Below are positions 7,134 to 15,227 of a DNA stretch of 33,217 bases, in pieces. A program made the position numbers and the translations under genes. Below the pieces are notes generated by a model, which made no database searches, was not told the origin of the DNA, and saw nothing but the letters and a program-made list of their open reading frames with translations. Origin of the DNA: a virus; the IMG/VR virus record IMGVR_UViG_3300020185_000005, positions 1 through 33,217 of that record; one strand, given 5' to 3'. The first letter of the stretch is position 1; each line of letters starts with the position of its first letter.

Positions 7134-7548
7134 TAGCAAAAATAAAGGTGCAGCATTCGAAAGAAAGATTGTTAACTATTTAAAAGAATTATCTGATGAA
7201 TATAATGCTGATATACACATTACAAGAAATTTTGAGCAATTGTATAAAAAAGGAGAATGTGATATTAACTTTTTAAATTATGCTATTGAATGTAAATGTT
7301 ATGCTGAAGGTAAAGGTTATAAATCTGGTTGGTGGGACCAAGTATGTGTATCAGCCGGTGATTCAAGAATTCCTGTTTTAGTTTATAAATATAACAGAAG
7401 TCCTATTGAAGTAGCTATGCCGTTCTGGTCTATTATGAAAGACGAGCCAAAAGACAATAATAAAATTTTTACTTGCAAATGGGAAGACTTTGTAGATATA
7501 ATAAAAAAAAATACAATTTTCCAAGCTTATGTCAACAGAGACCAATAA
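7126..7548 (+). CDS. Hjc/RecU-like Holliday-junction resolvase-type endonuclease (PD-(D/E)xK)
   Basis: The start is TTG, 5 nt after AGAGAGG. The N-terminal NKGAAFERKIVNYLKE, then ECDINF...AIECKCY (D...E-x-K), match archaeal Hjc-like and phage resolvase patterns. Confidence 0.65.
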   Translation: MVNSKNKGAAFERKIVNYLKELSDEYNADIHITRNFEQLYKKGECDINFLNYAIECKCYAEGKGYKSGWWDQVCVSAGDSRIPVLVYKYNRSPIEVAMPFWSIMKDEPKDNNKIFTCKWEDFVDIIKKNTIFQAYVNRDQ

Positions 7549-7702
7549 AGATTTACGATTTTCAGAATTCTGTGTTTTAGAATATTTAGAATATTTAGAA
7601 ACCGACATGAGAATCAAACTAAGTTTTGATGAGTATGTATCTGAGTTTAGATATGTACTAATTGAAAAATGGCGCAATGAAGCGCAACCAATATTACATT
7701 AA
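7529..7702 (+). CDS. Hypothetical protein (57 aa)
   Basis: This ORF is not in the track. The translation is MSTETNKDLRFSEFCVLEYLEYLETDMRIKLSFDEYVSEFRYVLIEKWRNEAQPILH. It fills the gap between the resolvase and the SSB-like gene. Confidence 0.45.
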   Translation: MSTETNKDLRFSEFCVLEYLEYLETDMRIKLSFDEYVSEFRYVLIEKWRNEAQPILH

Positions 7703-7713
7703 AGGAGTAATTT

Positions 7714-8334
7714 ATGGATATTTTGGGTATTAACACGAGTGGTGATAATGTTTTTATTAAGCATAGCAGCACAGATAAATGTTGGATGGTAGGAGAAGAG
7801 GCTCATCAAGATATAGTTCATATTCTTATTGATCCGGCTAGTATACAAACTGGCTGGGGTATATACGAAGGTGGTTATAGCTGGGAATGGGATGATAAAC
7901 CGGGTGTTTCTAAAGGACAACCTACTTCTGAACATAAAAGAGCGTTTAGTGTTTGGATGTATACTAAAGAGCAGGGGTCTAAACTATGGCGCAGATTTAG
8001 TTGGGGCGAAAGTCAAGGCTTTAATTCAATGTGCGCAACGTTCTGGAACGATATAAAAGCAAATCCTGGAAAAGTTGTACATATGAAATATACTGGAGCT
8101 AAAGTTGAAAAGTTCAAAGTAGGACAAGCAGCTATACCACAATTTGAATTTGTTAAATGGGCTGATAAGCCTGCGGATTTTGTTACTAATGATGTAGACA
8201 TGCCTTTAGAGCAAGCGGCTACACAAATTAATAATGATTTTAGCTTTGCGATGGAAAATCAAACTCCAGAATCCGGTGATCCTAGATTTGACCCATCAGC
8301 AAAACCTTTAACTGAAGACGATTTACCGTTTTAA
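7714..8334 (+). CDS. Putative ssDNA-binding / annealing protein with an SSB-type acidic C-terminal tip (..LTEDDLPF)
   Basis: An AAAGGAG RBS is present. The last residues, EDDLPF, mimic the bacterial SSB tip DDDIPF and the acidic, Phe-terminated tail of T7 gp2.5. The gene lies between the recombination and replication genes. The fold is not verified. Confidence 0.5.
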   Translation: MDILGINTSGDNVFIKHSSTDKCWMVGEEAHQDIVHILIDPASIQTGWGIYEGGYSWEWDDKPGVSKGQPTSEHKRAFSVWMYTKEQGSKLWRRFSWGESQGFNSMCATFWNDIKANPGKVVHMKYTGAKVEKFKVGQAAIPQFEFVKWADKPADFVTNDVDMPLEQAATQINNDFSFAMENQTPESGDPRFDPSAKPLTEDDLPF

Positions 8335-8336
8335 TC

Positions 8337-10172
8337 ATGAGAGAAGTCAACTTTGTAGAGTTGGCTCCTCGTGTAGGTCTTCATTTATTAGGAAAACCAA
8401 CAAAAGAATCTAGCACGGAATATAGATGGGGCACTAATGGAAGTTGGTGCCTTAATCTAGAAACTGGATTATTTTTTAGTTTTGAATTAGATGAAGGAGG
8501 AGGAGTTATATGGTTAATAGACCACTTTAATCAAAATAGAAATGATATATTAAATATGTACAGTCCAGATATTAATGACATACCAGTAACTAAAACATAT
8601 AAACAATATAATCAAGAACAAATGCGCTCGTTAGCACAAGAAGCTGTTGTTTTACTTAAATACACAGATTCTTTTGTAGTAATGAGGTTTGCAGATAATC
8701 ATTCAATCAAACAAAAGTATGCACCATTTTGTAAACAAGGCGATAATTGGTTTTTAAAACGCCCTGAAGGTTTAATGCCTATATACTATAAAGAAGCCGA
8801 TGGCCCTATAGTTATTAGTGAAGGTGAAAAAGCAACTTTAGGCGCAAATCAATTATACGATGGACCTACAGCAACTTGGCATGGAGGCGTTAATAGTTGG
8901 AAGAAAGCTGACTGGTCACCTGTATATGGTAAAGACATAATTATATGGCCAGACAATGATGAAGCCGGTTTTAAATGTGCAAATGAATTATCAGAGTATT
9001 TAACTGAAAATAAATGCTCTGTACAAATTGCTAAAGTGCCTGAAGCTTTAAATGATAAAGATGATTTATATGATGCATATTATAATAATATTTTTAGCAA
9101 AGAATCTTTTAAAGATTATTTGGATACTGCAGTTTCAAAGCCTAAAAGGCCCTCGCTTGTTTTACGTAAGATATCAGATCTTATTGCTAATATACAAGAG
9201 CCAGAATGGATCATAGAAGACATTATGGAAAAAGATTCAGTAATAGATATCTATGGTGCACCAAAAAGCGGTAAATCATTTGTAGCTATTGATATGGCTT
9301 TATGCTCATCAATGGGTATTCCATGGCAATCACATAAAACAGTTCAAACACCTATTATTTATTTAGCAGGTGAAGGTCAAAGAGGTATAGCAAGACGTGT
9401 ACAAGCATGGGAACATTATTATGGACATGACTTAAACAATGCACAAATGTTTGTATCAGATAGAGGTGTACGGTTTTTAGATGAAAAAGACCATCAAAAC
9501 CTTATTGATCATATAAAACAAGTAGCTGATGAATTTGGTGATATAGGCTGTTTATATGTAGATACGTTAGCTCGTAACTTTGGAGCTGGAAATGAAAATA
9601 GTACTGAAGATATGAATAAATTTATTGAACGAGTGGACCACTTAAAGTCTGAGTTCAGTTGTTGCATATCTTTGATACATCATACAGGGCATAGCAGTTC
9701 AGGACGAGCACGTGGCTCCTCTGTACTTCCTGCTGCTGTTGATGCTGAATTTGCGGTTAAACGGCCTAAAGATGAAGGTGAAGAAATGAAGGTTGAATTT
9801 ACTCAAACATTAATTAAAGACGGCAAGCCGATGAATCCTAAATACTTTAAGTTTAGAGAGATTGATTTAATTAATTATCCTGGTATGACTTCAGGTGTAT
9901 TAGTTAAAACTGAATATGATGAGTTTAAAGAAGAAGATTCTAAGATTGATGAAACTATTATTGCAATAGCAGAAATACAGGCAGAAAGAGCTATAGCTGA
10001 AAATGTTGATCCTATTGCTGTTTGGGTAACGCAAAAAGAAATAATAAATAAACAAACAGATTTGAAAGACAGTACTGTTAAACAACGTGTAAGAAGGTTG
10101 AAAGAAGCTGGTAAGATATATTATGAACAAGGTAAAGGCTATCAAGCTAAAAAGTATGACAATATTGATTAG
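8337..10172 (+). CDS. Bifunctional DNA primase-helicase (Toprim + RepA/AAA_25-like ATPase + C-terminal wHTH-like tail)
   Basis: The Toprim Glu is in VISEGEKA and the DxD is in IWPDNDEAG. Walker A is GAPKSGKS (9255..9278), Walker B is CLYVDTL, and the HHTGHSS sensor is present. The C-terminal ~50 aa (TVKQRVRRLKEAGKIYYEQGKGY) look like a winged helix. Confidence 0.85.
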   Translation: MREVNFVELAPRVGLHLLGKPTKESSTEYRWGTNGSWCLNLETGLFFSFELDEGGGVIWLIDHFNQNRNDILNMYSPDINDIPVTKTYKQYNQEQMRSLAQEAVVLLKYTDSFVVMRFADNHSIKQKYAPFCKQGDNWFLKRPEGLMPIYYKEADGPIVISEGEKATLGANQLYDGPTATWHGGVNSWKKADWSPVYGKDIIIWPDNDEAGFKCANELSEYLTENKCSVQIAKVPEALNDKDDLYDAYYNNIFSKESFKDYLDTAVSKPKRPSLVLRKISDLIANIQEPEWIIEDIMEKDSVIDIYGAPKSGKSFVAIDMALCSSMGIPWQSHKTVQTPIIYLAGEGQRGIARRVQAWEHYYGHDLNNAQMFVSDRGVRFLDEKDHQNLIDHIKQVADEFGDIGCLYVDTLARNFGAGNENSTEDMNKFIERVDHLKSEFSCCISLIHHTGHSSSGRARGSSVLPAAVDAEFAVKRPKDEGEEMKVEFTQTLIKDGKPMNPKYFKFREIDLINYPGMTSGVLVKTEYDEFKEEDSKIDETIIAIAEIQAERAIAENVDPIAVWVTQKEIINKQTDLKDSTVKQRVRRLKEAGKIYYEQGKGYQAKKYDNID

Positions 10173-10336
10173 TTACATAATTAGTTACATTAGTTACATT
10201 TTAGTTACATTTCTTGTCCAACTTAAAGAAAAAAAGAGTTACATTTTGAGTTACATACATATACCTATAGGTATATGTAACTCATGTAACTTTTTGATAA
10301 GTCGATTTTTAGTAAAAAGTAACTGTTGATGTAACT
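10171..10336. repeat. Iteron array / putative replication origin
   Basis: There are six direct AGTTACAT copies: 10171, 10183, 10192, 10203, 10237 and 10249. There are three inverted ATGTAACT copies (10275, 10284, 10329) plus a partial AGTAACT at 10318. A perfect 24-nt palindrome, TACATATACCTATAGGTATATGTA, lies at 10256..10279 between the two orientations. An A-rich tract is at 10226..10235. The array is immediately downstream of the primase-helicase. Confidence 0.7.
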
Positions 10337-10858
10337 ATGAATTATAAACAAAAGAAAATTAAAGAGTTAGAAGCATTAGAAAAAAATAAAGTTTTTAACG
10401 AATCATTACGAAAGCTTAACGCTATAAAAACAAAAATTAGTCTTGAATGGGGCAATGATCGTATTATGAATTTAATTAGCCCTGAATTACTATTACGATT
10501 TAAAAGAGCTGATACAAAATACTTTCATGAATATCATGCATCATTTAATAAAGTTAAGTTAAACGAAATGATGATTAGAGCGTATGAAGCATTGATACAA
10601 GATGCTACTAATCGTGGTTATAATACATTATCACCAGAATTTATATATACAAAGCATCCAGATACGAATGATAATATTATTATTTGTGTAAATGAAGACG
10701 ATGTACCAATAGCATTTGAAAAGTATAAATCCAAAGAAGATGTTATAATTTTTCATATTAATGAAATACTTATATCAATGACTGCAGATTTTATTGATAT
10801 AAAAAAGAAAACACACAAGATTGGAGGCAGAATAAAAAGTTATGTTAATGTCAGTTAA
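10337..10858 (+). CDS. Hypothetical protein (173 aa)
   Basis: This is a track ORF. The start codon abuts the last iteron. I recognise no motif. Confidence 0.6.
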   Translation: MNYKQKKIKELEALEKNKVFNESLRKLNAIKTKISLEWGNDRIMNLISPELLLRFKRADTKYFHEYHASFNKVKLNEMMIRAYEALIQDATNRGYNTLSPEFIYTKHPDTNDNIIICVNEDDVPIAFEKYKSKEDVIIFHINEILISMTADFIDIKKKTHKIGGRIKSYVNVS

Positions 10859-11432
10859 AAGTAATATCAAGCCATTTGTTAAGCAACTTAAAAAGTTTCA
10901 AAATGTTGATATCCCGAATATAACAAGAATTGCTTTAAATGAAACAGCTATTAGAGTTAAAGAGCTCGAACAAGTACAAATGCGTAAATCATTTGATAGA
11001 CCTAAACCACAAACAATAAAAAGTATTTATGTTCAATTCGCTAAAAAGAATTATCCTATAGCGCGTATAACATTTAGAGACTGGGCACAAGAGTTTATAC
11101 ATAGAAATATTGTTGGAGGTATCAGAAGAGTTAACAATACAGCAGTACCTACAGTTAATGCACGATTAAATCAATTTGGTAATATACCAGGAAGAAAACA
11201 AGGTGTTGTAAAAGGTAAACAATTTAGAGCAACAATCGATGGCATATATGGTGTATGGGAACGTAATAAGAATGGATTAAAGATTATACATAGGTTTGAG
11301 ACCAATCCAAGATACGATGCTATATTTCCTTTCTATCGTGTTGCTAATAAAGCAGTTAAATATGTAATGCCATTAAAGTTTGAAAAGGTTGCTAAATATT
11401 ATATTAAGAAAGCGGGATATCAGATTAAATGA
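10842..11432 (+). CDS. Hypothetical basic protein (196 aa)
   Basis: This is a track ORF. There is only a faint resemblance in layout to lambda gpZ-like proteins, which is not enough for a call. Confidence 0.55.
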   Translation: MLMSVKSNIKPFVKQLKKFQNVDIPNITRIALNETAIRVKELEQVQMRKSFDRPKPQTIKSIYVQFAKKNYPIARITFRDWAQEFIHRNIVGGIRRVNNTAVPTVNARLNQFGNIPGRKQGVVKGKQFRATIDGIYGVWERNKNGLKIIHRFETNPRYDAIFPFYRVANKAVKYVMPLKFEKVAKYYIKKAGYQIK

Positions 11433-11839
11433 AGTTCAGTCAGCTGCTAAGTATGGGGATATCATATGAAGAAAAAGTTCTTAAAGTTTTACATAATAAA
11501 TATCCATTAGCTAAACGTATCGAAGGTCAATTCCTCGATTACGATATATGGATTCCTGAGTTACATAAAAGTGTAGAAGTTAAGTACGACAAGCGATCAG
11601 AAACAACAGGAAATATTATTATCGAGTATGAAAGAAATAATAAACCTGGAGATATATTAAGTACTAAGGCAGACTATTGGTGCATTCATACTAACACTGG
11701 ATTTTTATGGGCTGAGCCAATGAAGATTATTGAATGCATGTTAAGAGAAGATTGCCGAGAGATTAAAGTTGGGTTAGGCAAATGTTATTTAATACCTATA
11801 CATATATTAAAACATTACAGCATGGAGAGAATGATATGA
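11429..11839 (+). CDS. PD-(D/E)xK nuclease-like protein (136 aa)
   Basis: The sequence LDYDIWIPELHKSVEVKYD gives a D-x(n)-E-x-K core, followed by TGNIIIEYE. It is ATGA-coupled to the previous gene and is the last gene before the candidate cos region. Confidence 0.5.
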   Translation: MKFSQLLSMGISYEEKVLKVLHNKYPLAKRIEGQFLDYDIWIPELHKSVEVKYDKRSETTGNIIIEYERNNKPGDILSTKADYWCIHTNTGFLWAEPMKIIECMLREDCREIKVGLGKCYLIPIHILKHYSMERMI

Positions 11840-11888
11840 TGCAAACAAAGGCATGTTCCAAAACAACAGTTACTTTATGGGATATAAT

Positions 11889-11934
11889 CGGCGTGGTTAT
11901 TCGCTCGCGTGCTTCCGTTAGACAGACTTCCGGC
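11889..11934. other. GC-rich island; candidate cos / terminase recognition region
   Basis: The sequence CGGCGTGGTTATTCGCTCGCGTGCTTCCGTTAGACAGACTTCCGGC stands out in an otherwise AT-rich genome. It contains CTTCCG twice (11912 and 11927). It lies in the 118-nt gap directly upstream of a Nu1-like small terminase, where lambda carries cosN/cosB. Confidence 0.35.
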
Positions 11935-11957
11935 ATATTGAGTTTAATTTTATAAAT

Positions 11958-12470
11958 ATGGCTACAAGAAAAGAAGTTGCTGAACATTTATTCATGTCGG
12001 TTCAAAACGTTGGTAAATTAGTAGAAAAAGGCGTATTTAAGCCTAAACCAGGCCCTAATCCGCTAGATTTAGACCATTGCAGGCAATCATATATAGAAGA
12101 GCTACAACAAAAGGCTAGATATACGTTAAAAGATGGAACAGGAGATATAACAGAAGAAAAAACTAAACTAACTGCAGCGCAAGCTAAGAAAGCACAGTTA
12201 GATGTTGCTGTAATTGAAGGAAAGCTAATACCAACGGATCAAGTTGAATCTACATGGATTAACTATGCTTCAAACTGCAGAGGCAAACTTTTAACAATAC
12301 CAAACAAGGTTAGTCATTTAGTTTTAGCAAGTGATGATTTTAACGAAGTAGAAAAGATAATTAAAGATTCAATTTATGAGGCATTAGAGGAATTAGCAAA
12401 TGACCCAATACCAAGAGAATATAGAGAAAATACTCTTATCGACAAAGAAGACCTGGACACCACCGCCTAA
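11958..12470 (+). CDS. Terminase small subunit, lambda Nu1-like
   Basis: The N-terminal HTH TRKEVAEHLFMSVQNVGKLVEKGV is followed by a central LTAAQAKKAQLDVAVIEGKLIP segment, as in Nu1-family proteins. It lies directly upstream of, and overlaps, terL. Confidence 0.7.
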   Translation: MATRKEVAEHLFMSVQNVGKLVEKGVFKPKPGPNPLDLDHCRQSYIEELQQKARYTLKDGTGDITEEKTKLTAAQAKKAQLDVAVIEGKLIPTDQVESTWINYASNCRGKLLTIPNKVSHLVLASDDFNEVEKIIKDSIYEALEELANDPIPREYRENTLIDKEDLDTTA

Positions 12471-14226
12471 TCTAACTGTTTCAGAATGGGCTGATCAGTA
12501 CAGAACGCTATCACCAGAATCTTCTGCTGAAGCTGGCATGTGGAAAACATCGAGAGCTCCATATCAAAAAGGTATTATGGATGCCGTTAATGATCCAAAG
12601 ATTCATACTATTGTTTTTATGAAAAGTGCACAAGTTGGCGCAACTGAAATATTAAACAATATAGTTGCTTATTATATTGACCAGGACCCAAGCCCATGCT
12701 TAGTATTACAACCAACTTTACAAATGGCTCAAGCTTGGAGTAAAGACAGATTAGCTAATATGATTCGTGATTGTGATCGTTTACGAGCAAAAGTAAAAGA
12801 TCCAAGAAGTAAAGATAGTTCTAATACAGTTTTATCAAAACAATTTCCTGGAGGCAATATTAATATTGTTGGGTCTAATTCTGCTGCTGGTCTCGCTTCA
12901 AGACCAATTAGAATTTTGCTTTGTGATGAAATTGACCGTTATGATCCAAGTGCAGGTGCTGAAGGTGACCCTATTAACTTAGCAATTAAACGTACAACAA
13001 CATTTTGGAACAGAAAAATATTTATTACTTCTACCCCAACTATAAAAGGTTTATCAAGAATAGAAGTTGCTTTTGAAGAATCAGATCAACGTTATTACGA
13101 AGTGCCATGTCCAGAATGTAATAAGTATCAAGTTCTTGAATGGGAACAAATTCATTGGGAATCAAAAAAACCAGAAACAGCAGAATATACTTGTAAGCAT
13201 TGTGAAGTGGTAATACCTGAAACTAAAAAAATGTGGATGCTTTCACAAGGTAAATGGGTAGCTACGCAAGAAACAAAAAAAACAGCAGGCTTTCATATAT
13301 CAGAATTATATTCACCCTGGAGATCATGGAAAGATATGGCTGTTGATTTTTATGCTGTTAAGAGTCAACCTGAAATGTTAAAGACCTGGGTAAATACTGC
13401 ATTAGGCAAAACGTTTGATGATCCAGGAGAAAGTATTGAATATAGCTCATTGATGAATCAAAGAGAAGAATATGATTATACAAATATTCCTAATAATGTT
13501 TTATTAATTACAGCAGGGATTGATGTACAAGGCGATAGATTAGAAGCGCAAGTAATTGGCTGGGGCCAAAATAATGAAGCATGGGTTTTAGATTATCGAG
13601 TATTCTTTGGCGATCCATCAAGTAATTTGGTTTGGAAAGACTTAGACAATTATTTAGGCATGACATTTAAACGCGAAGATGAAAAAATTTTAAAAATAGC
13701 TTGTTCTTGTGTTGACTCAGGAGGTCATCATACACAACAGGTTTATGCTTTTACTTCTAAAAGAGTCCATAGAAAAGTATTTGCTATTAAAGGTCAGTCA
13801 CAAAGTAATAAGCCGGTTGCCGGTCGCCCGTCATATATTGGTAGATCACGACATATTTTATATCCAGTTGGGGCTGATACTGCTAAAGAAGCAATATATA
13901 CAAGATTAAAGTCTGAAACTAAAACAATACACTTCCCAGCAACAGTTGATGAAGAGTACTTTAGGCAGCTAACATCTGAAAAAAGAGTAATTAAATACTC
14001 TAAAGGCGCTAAGAAGTTTGAATGGGTTAAAAAAACTACAAGAAATGAAGCATTAGATACATTTGTTTATGGATTAGCTGCTTTATATATACTTCAGCCA
14101 AATTATAACCGCCTAGAGCAATTAATTAACAAAAATCAATCTACACAAGCAGAACATACAAAAAACGTTAAAAAAAGCTCATTTAGAGCTAATCATAGAC
14201 CAAATTGGGTAAATAATTGGAAATAA
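12400..14226 (+). CDS. Terminase large subunit, lambda gpA family
   Basis: The sequence VSEWADQYRTLSPESSAEAGMWKTSRAPYQKGIMDA and the Walker A-like FMKSAQVGATE and Walker B ILLCDEIDRY match the gpA family layout. The 608-aa size also fits. AGAGGA lies upstream of the ATG at 12400. Confidence 0.9.
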   Translation: MTQYQENIEKILLSTKKTWTPPPNLTVSEWADQYRTLSPESSAEAGMWKTSRAPYQKGIMDAVNDPKIHTIVFMKSAQVGATEILNNIVAYYIDQDPSPCLVLQPTLQMAQAWSKDRLANMIRDCDRLRAKVKDPRSKDSSNTVLSKQFPGGNINIVGSNSAAGLASRPIRILLCDEIDRYDPSAGAEGDPINLAIKRTTTFWNRKIFITSTPTIKGLSRIEVAFEESDQRYYEVPCPECNKYQVLEWEQIHWESKKPETAEYTCKHCEVVIPETKKMWMLSQGKWVATQETKKTAGFHISELYSPWRSWKDMAVDFYAVKSQPEMLKTWVNTALGKTFDDPGESIEYSSLMNQREEYDYTNIPNNVLLITAGIDVQGDRLEAQVIGWGQNNEAWVLDYRVFFGDPSSNLVWKDLDNYLGMTFKREDEKILKIACSCVDSGGHHTQQVYAFTSKRVHRKVFAIKGQSQSNKPVAGRPSYIGRSRHILYPVGADTAKEAIYTRLKSETKTIHFPATVDEEYFRQLTSEKRVIKYSKGAKKFEWVKKTTRNEALDTFVYGLAALYILQPNYNRLEQLINKNQSTQAEHTKNVKKSSFRANHRPNWVNNWK

Positions 14227-14228
14227 TT

Positions 14229-14267
14229 ATATAAAAAGGTATACTTTTATATATGATTTGGTATAAT
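14229..14267 (+). promoter_or_regulatory. Promoter-like cassette, copy 2: ATATAAAAAGGTATAC + 17 nt + TGgTATAAT
   Basis: The 16-nt motif at 14229..14244 is identical to 4664..4679. An extended -10, TGGTATAAT, ends at 14267. The leader TTAAGGAGTTAA at 14292..14303 precedes the ATG at 14306. Confidence 0.5.
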
Positions 14268-14305
14268 TATACTATAAACAAACAACATAATTTAAGGAGT
14301 TAATT

Positions 14306-14560
14306 ATGAACCAAGAAGAAAGAAACGAATTACTAAAAAAAATTGAAAACATATCAGAATCTGTATGTCAAGTTATAAAAATGCTTGATAAGAATCTTGT
14401 TGAAGCACTTGATTATGGTACCGACGAAGAATCAACTATAATTTATCGCTTTCAAAAAGAACTTATAAATGACGCTGGTTTTTATGGCAAAGAAGCAAAC
14501 ATTGCAATTCAATATTTAACTGGCAGATTAACAGCTAACGACTTTACAAAAGCTGCTTAA
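14306..14560 (+). CDS. Hypothetical protein (84 aa), first gene of the nucleotide island
   Basis: This is a track ORF with a strong AAGGAG RBS. I recognise no motif. Confidence 0.6.
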   Translation: MNQEERNELLKKIENISESVCQVIKMLDKNLVEALDYGTDEESTIIYRFQKELINDAGFYGKEANIAIQYLTGRLTANDFTKAA

Positions 14561-14961
14561 TGCTAGGCGATATTAAAAAATTAAACCGGTATTATAAAAT
14601 ATACCGGTTTATTAACAAAGCAGATAATGAAGATAAAATGTCTTACTTACAATTTAGGGCTAATTTTATACAAGAAGAGTTAAACGAATTATTTACAGCA
14701 ATTGATAATCAAGAATCAGATGAAGTTGTTGATGCTTTCATTGATATTATTGTAATTGCATTAGGATCATTAGATGCATTTAATGTTGATATTAAAAAAG
14801 CGTGGAAACGTGTGCATCACGCTAATATGAAAAAAGAAATAGGAATTAAAGACAGCAGGCCAAATCCACTAGGGTTACCTGATCTTGTTAAACCAAAAGA
14901 TTGGCAAGCCCCGCAACATTTTGATAATGTTGGTAAATTAGATTTTTTAGATAAGGAGTAA
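14560..14961 (+). CDS. MazG-like all-alpha nucleoside triphosphate pyrophosphohydrolase
   Basis: The metal-binding motif EExxE...ExxD is seen as IQEELNEL ... DEVVDAFIDIIVIALG, followed by HHANMKK. The start is TAATG-coupled. Confidence 0.75.
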   Translation: MLGDIKKLNRYYKIYRFINKADNEDKMSYLQFRANFIQEELNELFTAIDNQESDEVVDAFIDIIVIALGSLDAFNVDIKKAWKRVHHANMKKEIGIKDSRPNPLGLPDLVKPKDWQAPQHFDNVGKLDFLDKE

Positions 14962-14963
14962 CT

Positions 14964-15227
14964 ATGCATTCAGTATTAAGCGAAGCAGCAGCTTTACAAA
15001 CACAAAAAGCCGAAGATTATAATTCAAATGATTCAGAGGCTAAACAAGAATACTTTCCGTACGGGCATCATTCGTATTTACAAATGATTTCAACAAAAGT
15101 AAAACGTTTAGAATCAATTGCATTCAATGAAAAAAATCCTAACTTTGAATCGGCTTACGATTCGGTATTAGATTTAATTAACTATGCAAGTTTTTATGGA
15201 GCTTATTTAAAAAAACATGGAAAATGA
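14964..15227 (+). CDS. Small helical protein, DUF1599-like pattern
   Basis: The pattern KAEDYNS ... STKVKRLESI ... ESAYDSVLDLINYASFYGAYL matches my recollection of DUF1599 (K..DY, K..R, DS..DliNYa.f). That family is often found next to phage nucleotide-metabolism genes. An HMM check is needed. Confidence 0.45.
   Translation: MHSVLSEAAALQTQKAEDYNSNDSEAKQEYFPYGHHSYLQMISTKVKRLESIAFNEKNPNFESAYDSVLDLINYASFYGAYLKKHGK

Noticed and set aside
7577-7600. The short tandem repeat TTAGAATAT x ~2.5
   Set aside because: It lies in-frame within the 57-aa ORF (LEYLEYLE). It is too short to call a regulatory repeat.
7829-8056. Alternative-frame plus-strand ORFs nested in larger genes (7829..8056, 13709..13909, 31014..31226)
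   Set aside because: They are embedded out of frame in genes with clear family signatures (SSB-like, terL, fibre accessory). None has an RBS or a motif.
10123-10329. The 68-aa plus-strand ORF across the intergenic repeats (..SYIISYISYILV..)
   Set aside because: It is a translation artefact of the AGTTACAT iterons. It starts inside the primase-helicase gene and has no RBS.
10171-10336. A CRISPR-like array
   Set aside because: The repeat unit is only 8 bp. The spacers are 1-26 nt and irregular, and both orientations are present. This pattern indicates iterons, not CRISPR.
11889-11934. A tRNA or an attP core in the GC-rich patch
   Set aside because: No cloverleaf arms or T-loop consensus (GGTTCGAATCC-like) can be drawn, and no integrase gene is present.
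11836-11955. A 39-codon ORF (MMQTKACSKTTVTLWDIIGVVIRSRASVRQTSGILSLIL) in the terS-upstream gap
   Set aside because: It has no RBS, its composition is unlike all other genes, and it coincides with the GC-rich candidate cos region. It is kept only as a remote possibility.
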